Notes under the pieces: model-generated
Database searches by the model: none
What the model was told of the DNA's origin: nothing
Seen by the model: the letters and a program-made list of their open reading frames with translations, nothing else
Translations under genes and position numbers: made by a program
In this document: positions 29,012 through 37,951 of the stretch, in pieces
Numbering within the stretch: the stretch's first letter is position 1
Layout: each line of letters opens with the position of its first letter
DNA from: Acidobacteriota bacterium
GTDB taxonomy: Bacteria; Acidobacteriota; UBA890; WLXD01
Length of the DNA: 64,000 nt
Reading direction: 5' to 3'
Assembly: GCA_036012155.1 (NCBI GenBank)
Contig: DASCOT010000236.1
Span: forward strand, 40,655 to 104,654

Positions 29012-30061
29012 ATGCCCAGTCAGCCGGCCGCAGCAATAAAGACCCCCATCGTCACGCGGCCCAACCAGATCGTCACGATCGAGCGACACATTCTCGATCA
29101 CCAGGCACAGCACCCCGACGCCAGCGGCGCCCTGTCGCGATTGCTCTATGACATTGCGCTCACCGGCAAGCTCATTGCCCGCGAGGTCAACAAAGCAGGG
29201 CTGGTCGACATCCTCGGCGAGACCGGCACGACCAACGTGCAGGGTGAACGGGTGCAGAAGCTCGACGAGTTCGCCAACGAGTGCTTTATCAAGAACTTCG
29301 ATCACGGTGGCATGCTGTGTCTCATGGGCTCGGAAGAAGTGGACGACCCCATTGCCATTCCTGACAAGTTCGCCACCGGTGAGTACGTGTTGTTGTTCGA
29401 TCCGTTGGACGGGTCTTCGAACATCGATGCCAATGTATCGATTGGCTCGATCTGGTCGATCTACCGCCGTACCACGGAGCCCGGACACGGCAGCTTGGTG
29501 GACCTGTTGCGCAAGGGATCCGAACAGGTAGCAGCCGGGTACATCCTCTATGGCTCGAGCACCATGCTGATCTACACCACGGGTGACGGAGTATACGGCT
29601 TCACGCTCGATCCGAGCATTGGCGAGTTCTTGCTCTCGCATCCGCGAATCCAGATTCCGAAAAAGGGCAAAACCTACAGCGTCAACGAGGGCTACCGGAA
29701 CGTCTTCTTCGAATCGACCCGGCGCTTCCTCGACTACCTGCAAGAGGAGGACGAGGCAACGGGGCGGCCCTATTCGGGTCGTTACATCGGCTCGATGGTG
29801 GCCGACGTGCATCGCACGCTTCTGTACGGCGGGCTGTTCATGTACCCGGCCACGCAAAAGGCACCGGGCGGCAAGCTGCGCCTGATGTACGAGGCCAACC
29901 CCATGGGGCTGGTCATCGAACGAGCCGGCGGCATGGCGTCGACCGGGACAGAGCGCATCCTGGACGTGCAATCCACCGAGTTGCATGAGCGCGTACCGCT
30001 CTACATGGGGTCGGAGGAGGACGTAAAGCTGGCGGTCGAGTTCGAGACCGGAGTTCGCTAG
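29012..30061 (+). CDS. fbp: Fructose-1,6-bisphosphatase class 1
   Basis: FBPase class I fold throughout ([13 protein letters not shown] metal-binding motif, [11 protein letters not shown]); GGAGGA RBS. Confidence 0.9.
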   Translation: MPSQPAAAIKTPIVTRPNQIVTIERHILDHQAQHPDASGALSRLLYDIALTGKLIAREVNKAGLVDILGETGTTNVQGERVQKLDEFANECFIKNFDHGGMLCLMGSEEVDDPIAIPDKFATGEYVLLFDPLDGSSNIDANVSIGSIWSIYRRTTEPGHGSLVDLLRKGSEQVAAGYILYGSSTMLIYTTGDGVYGFTLDPSIGEFLLSHPRIQIPKKGKTYSVNEGYRNVFFESTRRFLDYLQEEDEATGRPYSGRYIGSMVADVHRTLLYGGLFMYPATQKAPGGKLRLMYEANPMGLVIERAGGMASTGTERILDVQSTELHERVPLYMGSEEDVKLAVEFETGVR

Positions 30062-30245
30062 CCGGCCCGGCAAGAACTCGCATGGGGCTGGGCTCGGCGC
30101 GGGTCACCTATTGACAGCCAGGCGTAAAGGGTAGGACCCTCCACGCCATACCTAATATTTCCTGACCTCCTATTCATCCGCGCAATGCTCTCATCCCGCG
30201 CGGTAACCAACCGAGGGTGCGCGTACGCCCCGGTTACAGGCCGAC

Positions 30246-31289
30246 ATGAAGCCGGATCTGCCCATCGGCTACGTAGGCTTCGGTGCCTACGTGCCGCCGA
30301 CGGTCCTCACCAACAACGACCTCGAGCGGATCGTCGACACCAGCGACGAGTGGATCCAGCGGCGCACCGGTATCCGTGAGCGCCACATTCTGGCGCAGGA
30401 TGAGACCATCCTCGACATGGCGGTGGCTGCTGCGCGGCAGGCGCTCGACGACGCACAGATAGCGCCAGAGCAGATCGGCGACATCCGAGTCGGGGTAAAC
30501 ACCTGGGCACGCTTCCCCAGTCTTGCAACGCAGGTACAGGCCGCCATCGGCGCCTTCAACGCATCGGCCGCCGACGTCTCTGCTGGCTGCGCCGGCTTTA
30601 TCTACGCGGTCGAAGAAGCGTACAACAAGATCTGGGTCTCGAAGGTACGCGACGGGGAGGACCTGATCTCGCTGGTGATCGGCGTGGATGGCCTCTCGCA
30701 CATCACCAACTGGACAGACCGCGGCACGTGCGTGTTGCTCGGCGACGGTGCCGGCGCCGTGGTTCTCCGCCAAGTAGATCGCGGCGGGATCCTGGCGATT
30801 CACACCCACGCCGACGGACGCTACGGTGACTACCTCTATTCCGACTCGGTGCTCGAGACACAATGGGACCCGCGTGTCCCTGAGTCGTTCTCGAACAAAC
30901 AGAGCGGCGTTCGACCCTACCTGCACATGAGCGGCCGCAAGGTGTACGGCGTGGCGGTGCGCACGATGGTCAACGACATCCACACCGTGGTGGACAAGTA
31001 CAACCGCGACAACCCCGACCCGGTGAGCCTCGAGGACATCAACTTCGTCTACCCTCATCAGGCCAACCTGCGCATTATCGAGAGCGTGGCCAGCAAACTC
31101 GGGTTGCCGCTCGACCGCGTCTACACGAATGGCATCGTCCACTTCGGCAACACGTCGACAGCATCGATTCCGCTCGGATACCTCGATCCCGCCGCGCGAG
31201 CCAACGGCGCGCCGCAACACGGGATCGAGATCGACGTCGCCTTCGGCGCCGGGTTCGCCTCCGGAGCGATCCTCCGCGAGGTCGCCTAG
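30246..31289 (+). CDS. 3-oxoacyl-ACP synthase III (KAS III/FabH-like)
   Basis: Thiolase-fold KAS III: active-site Cys in GCAGFIYA, His/Asn region HQANLRII...NTSTASIP. Confidence 0.8.
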   Translation: MKPDLPIGYVGFGAYVPPTVLTNNDLERIVDTSDEWIQRRTGIRERHILAQDETILDMAVAAARQALDDAQIAPEQIGDIRVGVNTWARFPSLATQVQAAIGAFNASAADVSAGCAGFIYAVEEAYNKIWVSKVRDGEDLISLVIGVDGLSHITNWTDRGTCVLLGDGAGAVVLRQVDRGGILAIHTHADGRYGDYLYSDSVLETQWDPRVPESFSNKQSGVRPYLHMSGRKVYGVAVRTMVNDIHTVVDKYNRDNPDPVSLEDINFVYPHQANLRIIESVASKLGLPLDRVYTNGIVHFGNTSTASIPLGYLDPAARANGAPQHGIEIDVAFGAGFASGAILREVA

Positions 31290-31327
31290 GGCTCGTATCG
31301 ACAGGACCCTCCAACCGCGGGTGCCTC

Positions 31328-31371
31328 GGCTATATAGAATGCTAGATTGAAACCTAGGATCCTATATAGCC
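31328..31371. promoter_or_regulatory. Perfect 10-bp inverted repeat GGCTATATAG-N24-CTATATAGCC in AT-rich patch; candidate PadR operator/promoter
   Basis: Read directly; 31 nt upstream of padR start; contains TAGAAT/TATATA -10-like hexamers. Confidence 0.45.
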
Positions 31372-31401
31372 GTAGACAAGGTCATCGAGGAACACCGACC
31401 C

Positions 31402-31719
31402 ATGAAGATCATGTTCACCTATCCCACGGCGATGGCCCTTGCAGCCATCTCCCATGGCCATCGCTACGGCTTCGACATCATGGACGCCACCGGACTTCCG
31501 GACGGCACCGTGTACCCGATCCTGCGGCGCCTGGAGACACGAGGATTCCTTGTGGGGCTCTGGGAGGACGAGGAAGCAGCCTACGGCGACGGCAGGCCGC
31601 CACGACGCTACTACGAGCTCACCGCAGCGGGTCTGGAGGCACTGAGCGCGGCGCTGCAACGGTTCCCGCGCGTCGTCGAGCTATTCCCTGGCGCCGCCAA
31701 GCACCGCGCCACGATCTGA
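31402..31719 (+). CDS. PadR family transcriptional regulator
   Basis: 105 aa winged-helix PadR with the YPILRRLE recognition-helix motif. Confidence 0.85.
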   Translation: MKIMFTYPTAMALAAISHGHRYGFDIMDATGLPDGTVYPILRRLETRGFLVGLWEDEEAAYGDGRPPRRYYELTAAGLEALSAALQRFPRVVELFPGAAKHRATI

Positions 31720-31730
31720 GGAGATCGCCC

Positions 31731-34421
31731 GTGACTTCCCCACCCCATCGGTACCGCGCTGTCGAACTGCCGACCGTCTATCGGCACGTGCTGTGGTGGG
31801 CTGCTCGGTTGGTTCCACGCCTGCGGCGTCCCAGCTGGAGGCGCGAGTGGGAGGCCGAGATGACCTACGCCTACAGCCGCGCGGTGGCCGATGAGCGTGG
31901 CACGAAGCACCTGTTCGCCCGCGCCTTGTGGGCACACATCGACGCCCTCTGGGTATGGAAAGAGGAGTTCACCATGAGACGCGCGCTCGCCGATGTACGC
32001 CTTGCCCTGCGCAGCCTCCGTCACAGTCCGCTGTTCGCCGGCGCCGCAGTTCTCACACTGGCCCTCGGTATTGGCGCCAACACGGCGATCTTCTCAGTGG
32101 TCAACGCGGTCTTGCTGAAGCCGTTGCCGTTCCCGGAACCGGACAGGCTGGTGATGGTGCTGTACGAGGCGCCCGGCATCGGCTTCCCGAGGGTGCCGTT
32201 TTCGGAAGGTTCGTACGTTTTCGTGAATGACAACCAGCAGGCGTTCGAGTCACTCGGAATGCACACCGAGGAGCGCGTGAACATCGTTGGAGATGAGGAG
32301 CCGGAGCAGGTAGCAGGCGCGCGGATCACGCCTTCGGTGCTGCACGCGCTGCGGGTGTTGCCGTCGATCGGCCGCCCGTTTACCGACGCCGACGCCGCTC
32401 CTGGAGCAGAGCCTGTCGCCCTACTCGCGCGCCAGCTGTGGGAGCGCCGATACGGTGCGGACGAGTCGATCGTCGGCCAAACCGTGGAGCTCGACGGCAT
32501 CATGCGCCGCATCGTCGGCATCATGCCGGAAGGGTTCATGTATCCGTCCGAGGAGACCCGTGTGTGGCGACCGCTCGAGCTCGACCCCGCCAACCTCGAC
32601 GAGGGATCATTCAACGTACCCGGCATCGGCCGCCTGGCGCCCGGGGTGACCCTCGAGATGGCTTTCGAAGAATAGGCTGCCCTGGTAGCTCGGTTCAGCG
32701 AGGCGCTGCCCGACACCTTCTCGGAGGCGACACTCGAGCAGGCGCGCTTCGCGCCACTGCTCACGCCACTCAAGGAAATGGTCGTTGGTGATATCAGGCG
32801 GGCACTGTGGGTCGTTCTGGGCACCGTCGGCCTTGTCCTGTTGATCGCCTGCGCCAACGTTGCCAACCTCTTCCTGGTACGAGCTGAATCCAGACGGCGT
32901 GAGGTAACGCTGCGAGCCGCTCTGGGCGCCCGCCGAGTCGACTTGGCACGGTTCTTCCTGACCGAGAGCATGTTGCTGTCGTGCGGCGGCGGTATCGTCG
33001 GGCTTGGCGCGGCGCTGGCAGCGGTGCGCGGCTTCTCCAGCGCCACCCCGGTATCGATCCCGCGAGTCAACGCGATCACTGTCGATACCACGGTCTTGTT
33101 GTTCACTCTCAGCACGTCGTTGATTGCCGGCCTGCTATTTGGCTGCGTGCCCTTGCTTCGCAGCCGCAGCGGCGACATTGCCATGCGGCTTCGAGAGGGC
33201 AGCCGCGGTGCCACGACGGGAAGCCGAGCGCTTGGAATGCGCAATGTGCTGGTCGTGGCGCAAGTGGCACTCGCACTGGTGCTGTTGGTTGGATCAGGCC
33301 TCATGATCCGCAGCTTCCGCGCGTTGCGCAGCGTGGATCCTGGTTTCGAGTCCGCGGACGTGCTGACGGTGCGGCTCGCTCCGCCGGGCGCCGAATACCC
33401 GCACGCGGAGCAGCGGGCCGTTTTCTGGGAAGCGATCCTCGAGCGCGTCGCGACGATACCGCGCGTCGTATCCGTATCGGCAACGTCTCACTTGCCGCTC
33501 AGTGGCAGGATCTCGTCAGGCGACATCAGCATTGAAGATCATCCGAGACAAGACGATGCACTGCCGCCGCTCGCCGACCGCCGAGCCGTTCCCCCCGACT
33601 TCTTCGCCACCCTGGGTATCCCGGTGCTCGAGGGTCGCGAGTTCGTCGCCACGGACGCCGCCGACAACTACCGTGCCGCGGTTGTGAGCGAGTCACTGGC
33701 GCGCCACTGGTGGCCCAACGAGAGTGCCCTGGGCAAGCGCATTGGCGAGAGTGAAGAGGAGGAGTGGTATCAGATCGTCGGTGTGGTGGGGGACGTGCGA
33801 CACGAATCCCTCGAGAAGCCGACGGCAGAGACCGCGTACTTCCCTTTGCGGTCGGGGCCTATCGATGAGATCAGCGTCCCGGGCGGGATGGATCTGGTAG
33901 TGAGAGCCGTTGGCGATCCTGACGCGCTCGCGACGGCCGTCCGCAACGCGATATGGGAAATCGATCCACGGCTGCCGATCGCCAACATGCAACCATTGGA
34001 TCGAATCGTCAGCGATTCGCTGTCGCGTACCTCGTTCACCCTGCTGATGCTCGGCATCGCCGCCGGAGTGGCCCTGCTGCTCGGAGCCATAGGGATCTAC
34101 GGCGTGATCTCCTACATCGTCAGCCAGCGCACTCAGGAGATTGGCGTGCGCATCGCGCTGGGATCCTCGCGAGGCGGCGTTCAGGCGATGGTCGTTCGTC
34201 GGGGCCTCGTTCTGGCCGCCGTCGGGATTGTCATCGGCCTGGGGGCGGCAGTCGCGGTAAGTCGTGTGTTGACGTCGCTGCTGTACGAGGTCAATAGCAA
34301 CGACCCGACGACCTACGCCGGCGTCGCAGCGGTCCTCGGACTGGTGGCGCTGGTCGCCAGCTGGCTGCCGGCAATTCGTGCCTCGAGCGTCGACCCGGTC
34401 GTTGCATTGCGGGCCGATTGA
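31731..34421 (+). pseudogene. ADOP-family (duplicated FtsX/MacB-like) ABC permease with permease-prefix domain, interrupted by in-frame TAG at 32673-32675
   Basis: Two same-frame ORFs (31347..32675, 32778..34421) with continuous ADOP homology across the stop ([32 protein letters not shown]...; ...[31 protein letters not shown]...); AGGAGA-N6-GTG start at 31731. Confidence 0.65.
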
Positions 34422-34431
34422 GGGCAGCTCT

Positions 34432-35883
34432 TCAGCTCAGACCGAAGGCATACAGCGTGCCTCGAGTGCGTACGTAGATTCGACCGTCAGCTATCGCTGG
34501 AGTGGCGTAGCAAAGGTCGTCAAGATCCGACACGGTGATCGGATCGAGGCCGCCATCCGGCTCGAGCACCGAGAGCATCCCGAGCTCCGACAGCATAAAG
34601 ACCTTGCCGTCGGCGGCGATCGGCGACGCATAGTACTGGTCTACAGCACCCTTGAGGCGACCCTGCTTGATCACCTCGCCGGTCTGCGGATCGAACGACG
34701 TGACGATGCCGCCATCGTTCACCATGTACAGCACGTTGTTGTAGATGAGCGGCGAGGGTAGCTGCGGGACGGCGCGGTTGTACTCCCAGATCAGGTTCTC
34801 ATCGGTCATGTCACCGCGACCGCCCATGCGGATCGCCAACATGCCGTTGCGACTTTCCAGAGCGGCTCGCAGGTAGGCCCATTCCTCCGAATCGAGCGAG
34901 CCGTCGACGTCCAGGTCGGCCAGACCGAACCAATTCCGAGCGCGGTTCTGGGGCATTTCCTCGGGGTTGATCACGCCGTCGCCATCGACGTCACGTTCTG
35001 CGACAACCTCGCCGAATGGGCGCAGAAACACCTGATTGCCCGGCTGGTTGATCGGCGCCCCGTAGCCGTTGATGTATGCGATGTCATCGAGGATTACCGG
35101 CGTCGACTTCATCTCGAACGAGAGTCCGCGTACCCACCAGATCTTCTCGCCGGTGTCCGGATCATAGGAGTCGAGCAGGAAGGAGCCTGGCAAGATCAGC
35201 TGCGTTTCGCCCTCCGGCGACTCCCATAGCACTGGCGTGGAGTGGCCGCTCTTGGCCTCGGGCCGCTGAACTTCCCAGAGGACCTCGCCGGTGTCCTTAT
35301 GTACGGCGACCATGAACGACCCTACGTTCTGGTCGCATACGAGGATCACTTTGTCCCCAACGAGTACTGGTGAGGCGCCCATTCCGTAGATGTTGTTGAA
35401 CGGACCGAGCGGCACGTGCCAGCGCTCCTCGCCCTCGAACGTGTACGACATCAGGCCGAAGTCGGGAAAGAACACGTAGATCGAGCCATCACCAACGGCG
35501 GGGCTCGGCGCGGCGGCGTTGCTTCGGTAGTCGTAAAACTCGGTTCGAGGTCGCGGAGCCTGGCGTTGCCAGAGCACCTCACCGCTCTCGCGATCGAGCG
35601 CTATGGTCATCAGGTGGTCATTGTCGGTAGCCGTCAGGAAGATGCGCCGCTCCGAGAGGATCGGCGACGAGTGGCCCGGGGCCAGCTCGGTCTTCCAAAT
35701 AACGTTGGTGTCGGGCCCGAAGCTGGTGGGAAGCGCGCCGGTGTCGACAACGCCGGAGCCGTTCGGACCGCGGAACCGAGTCCAGGCCTCGGTCTCGTCC
35801 ATCTGCGCCGGACCGGCGCTGGTCTCGAATGGGAGGGTAGCCAACAGCAGCAGCGCTGCGAGAGTCGTGCGCATCGAGGTCAT
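34432..35883 (-). CDS. Secreted PQQ-repeat beta-propeller protein with EF-hand-like calcium-binding insertion
   Basis: Signal peptide MTSMRTTLAALLLLATLP; PQQ-like blades; DVDGDGVINPEE and DLDVDGSLDSEE EF-hand loops. Confidence 0.7.
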   Translation of the reverse strand: MTSMRTTLAALLLLATLPFETSAGPAQMDETEAWTRFRGPNGSGVVDTGALPTSFGPDTNVIWKTELAPGHSSPILSERRIFLTATDNDHLMTIALDRESGEVLWQRQAPRPRTEFYDYRSNAAAPSPAVGDGSIYVFFPDFGLMSYTFEGEERWHVPLGPFNNIYGMGASPVLVGDKVILVCDQNVGSFMVAVHKDTGEVLWEVQRPEAKSGHSTPVLWESPEGETQLILPGSFLLDSYDPDTGEKIWWVRGLSFEMKSTPVILDDIAYINGYGAPINQPGNQVFLRPFGEVVAERDVDGDGVINPEEMPQNRARNWFGLADLDVDGSLDSEEWAYLRAALESRNGMLAIRMGGRGDMTDENLIWEYNRAVPQLPSPLIYNNVLYMVNDGGIVTSFDPQTGEVIKQGRLKGAVDQYYASPIAADGKVFMLSELGMLSVLEPDGGLDPITVSDLDDLCYATPAIADGRIYVRTRGTLYAFGLS

Positions 35884-35966
35884 CCGTTGTTGCCAGAGAC
35901 GCCGGCAGCGGTGCGCGCCGAAGACACCAGCCGTTGCTGGGAGCAGGTTGACTGTATCATCGTGCA

Positions 35967-36245
35967 ATGGGTAGCCGCAGGATGCTGTTTGTGGCGGTCG
36001 GAGCGCTCGTCGCCGGCCTGTTGGCGCTGATCGTGTACTCGAGCCTGGGCCTCGCACGGGTCACGGGCGAGATCTGCTTTACCTTCAACGGACGCACCGA
36101 GTGCCGTGTGGCCTCGGGATCGACCCGCGAAGAGGCGATCCGCACAGCGGCCGAGATGGCCTGCTCGACGATGGCGGCGGGCATGACCGATCGCATCAAC
36201 TGCACGCAGTCGCGACCAACCCGCACCAGCTGGAACGTCGAGTAG
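35967..36245 (+). CDS. Small membrane-anchored Cys-containing hypothetical protein
   Basis: 92 aa, single TM, 4 Cys; no family recognised. Confidence 0.3.
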   Translation: MGSRRMLFVAVGALVAGLLALIVYSSLGLARVTGEICFTFNGRTECRVASGSTREEAIRTAAEMACSTMAAGMTDRINCTQSRPTRTSWNVE

Positions 36246-36282
36246 GCAACCAGCAGGCCGTGCAGTGACTGTGGCGGGGCTG

Positions 36283-37917
36283 CTACTGGCCCCCGCCGGT
36301 GCGCAGTAGCGCGCTGAGGTCGCGGCCGTCGAGGTCGGCGGGGGCATCGATTCCAAGCAAGCCGGCCAGGGTCGGGGCGATGTCAACGGTGGCGGCGCGC
36401 TCGTGGTGCTCGCCAGCCGCCACACCGGGCCCGGCGACGATCATCGGCACGTGGGAGTCGTAGTCGAACACCGTTCCGTGGGTCGTACCCATCGATTGAT
36501 CGTCCAAGAAGTAATCGTGGAACTGGACAACCAGGTCGGGACTCCGACCCGGAAAGTAGTTGTTCCGATATCGCTGCGTCTGCAGATCGGCGGACGGGGC
36601 CTCGTCCATCAGCTCGGCCGACGTCCAAACACGCTCGACCATCGGACAGGCGCTCAGAATCGCGGCCAACTCCGCCTCCACGTCCGCCTTGTCGAGCTCC
36701 TGCGCGGCGATCACCGCTTCGTCGAGGTAGTAGCTCGACTCGATCCACGCATGGTCGCCGAGCCGCTCGCGTAATCGCGCGCCCGCCTGCTGGACGCAGA
36801 GAAGGTCGGCACCGTCGAGTCGCTCCCCCTCCACCCCGCGGCGCGCAACGTATTCCGGCATCACCTGAACGCCATGATCAGCACTCAGCGCGAACAGCAC
36901 GTGGTCAAGACCGACGCGCTCGTCGATGAACTCCAGGAGCTCGGCGAGACGGCGATCGAGATTCACCAGGATGTCGAGGGTCTCCGGGGCGTTGGGCCCG
37001 TACGAATGTCCCACGTAGTCGAGCGAGGAGAACGACAGGCCAAGAAGATCGACACTGCCATCGGCCCCGAGATCCTCGTTGACGATCAAGGCTTGAGCCA
37101 GCTCGGCCAGATACCAGTCGCCCCACGGACTGTTCGGAATCCGCCCGTAGAAAGATGCGCCCGGTATCGGACTCGACCAACCGAGCACGTGCGGGAAAGC
37201 GCGTGCAAAGGCCCCGGTGTCGACATGCTCGACATCGACCTCGGGCCAGAGGCGCGCGTCGGTGAGTGGCTCCCAGGGGGTACCGTAGAAGCGGTTGAGC
37301 CGTTCCTCCCGGTTGAACTGGACCAGCCAATCAGGGAGCGAGGTCCCGTAGAAGCTGCTGCTCGTCCAGAAACCGTAGGTGCCGTCATACCAGAAGGCAC
37401 CGTCGGCGCCCTGCCCCCCCAGCATGATCGCCGAGCGATCCTTGATGCTGGCCGTGAGCACCTTCGAGCGTGGGTCCGCCGCCTTCATCCAGTCGCCAAT
37501 CGCCGTCCCCTCCAGCAACAGCGGCGAGCGCTGGCCCGCCGGCCCGCCAGAGTAAACTGAGACGTTCTGCAGCCGGTCGTACCAGTCGTTGCCGACGATA
37601 CCCGAGCGCGCCGGCTCGAGACCCGTCGAGATCGTCGCGTGCCCCGGAGCGGTCGCGGTCATCGAGTGGTTCTGATGCGCGTCGGTGAACACGGCGCCGG
37701 AATCGAGCAGGTGAGCTAGACCGCCGGTGAATAGCGATCGGAATCGCACCAGATAGTCGTACCGCGCCTGGTCGATGGAGATGATCACCACCAGCGAGGG
37801 ATCATCGCCGCGCGGCAGCGGCGCCAGTACAGGCGCCGCCGTCGACGCACAGTGCGCCACTGAGAGTGGCAGCACACAGGCGAGCAAGCAGCGCAGGGCT
37901 AGCGGTTTTCGACGCAA
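36283..37917 (-). CDS. Alkaline phosphatase superfamily protein (nucleotide pyrophosphatase/phosphodiesterase-like), secreted
   Basis: Signal peptide; VVIISIDQARYDY metal-binding N-terminal motif typical of type I phosphodiesterase/NPP family. Confidence 0.8.
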   Translation of the reverse strand: MRRKPLALRCLLACVLPLSVAHCASTAAPVLAPLPRGDDPSLVVIISIDQARYDYLVRFRSLFTGGLAHLLDSGAVFTDAHQNHSMTATAPGHATISTGLEPARSGIVGNDWYDRLQNVSVYSGGPAGQRSPLLLEGTAIGDWMKAADPRSKVLTASIKDRSAIMLGGQGADGAFWYDGTYGFWTSSSFYGTSLPDWLVQFNREERLNRFYGTPWEPLTDARLWPEVDVEHVDTGAFARAFPHVLGWSSPIPGASFYGRIPNSPWGDWYLAELAQALIVNEDLGADGSVDLLGLSFSSLDYVGHSYGPNAPETLDILVNLDRRLAELLEFIDERVGLDHVLFALSADHGVQVMPEYVARRGVEGERLDGADLLCVQQAGARLRERLGDHAWIESSYYLDEAVIAAQELDKADVEAELAAILSACPMVERVWTSAELMDEAPSADLQTQRYRNNYFPGRSPDLVVQFHDYFLDDQSMGTTHGTVFDYDSHVPMIVAGPGVAAGEHHERAATVDIAPTLAGLLGIDAPADLDGRDLSALLRTGGGQ

Positions 37918-37951
37918 GGAGACAGCTTCGCGAGTCTGGATCGGGATGCGG

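Noticed and set aside
28988-30073. 361-aa ORF on minus strand
   Set aside because: Antisense to fbp, which has unambiguous homology
30111-30116. Perfect TTGACA -35 hexamer upstream of KAS III gene
   Set aside because: No acceptable -10 hexamer at 16-18 nt spacing; kept only as a weak hint of a promoter region
30234-31220. 328-aa ORF on minus strand
   Set aside because: Antisense to KAS III gene
31347-31730. N-terminal 128 codons of ORF 31347..32675 as part of the ADOP gene
   Set aside because: This stretch overlaps padR in another frame and precedes a good RBS+GTG at 31731; treated as non-coding read-through of the ORF finder
32021-33304. 427-aa ORF on minus strand
   Set aside because: Antisense to ADOP permease gene; Ser/Arg/Ala-rich low-complexity translation
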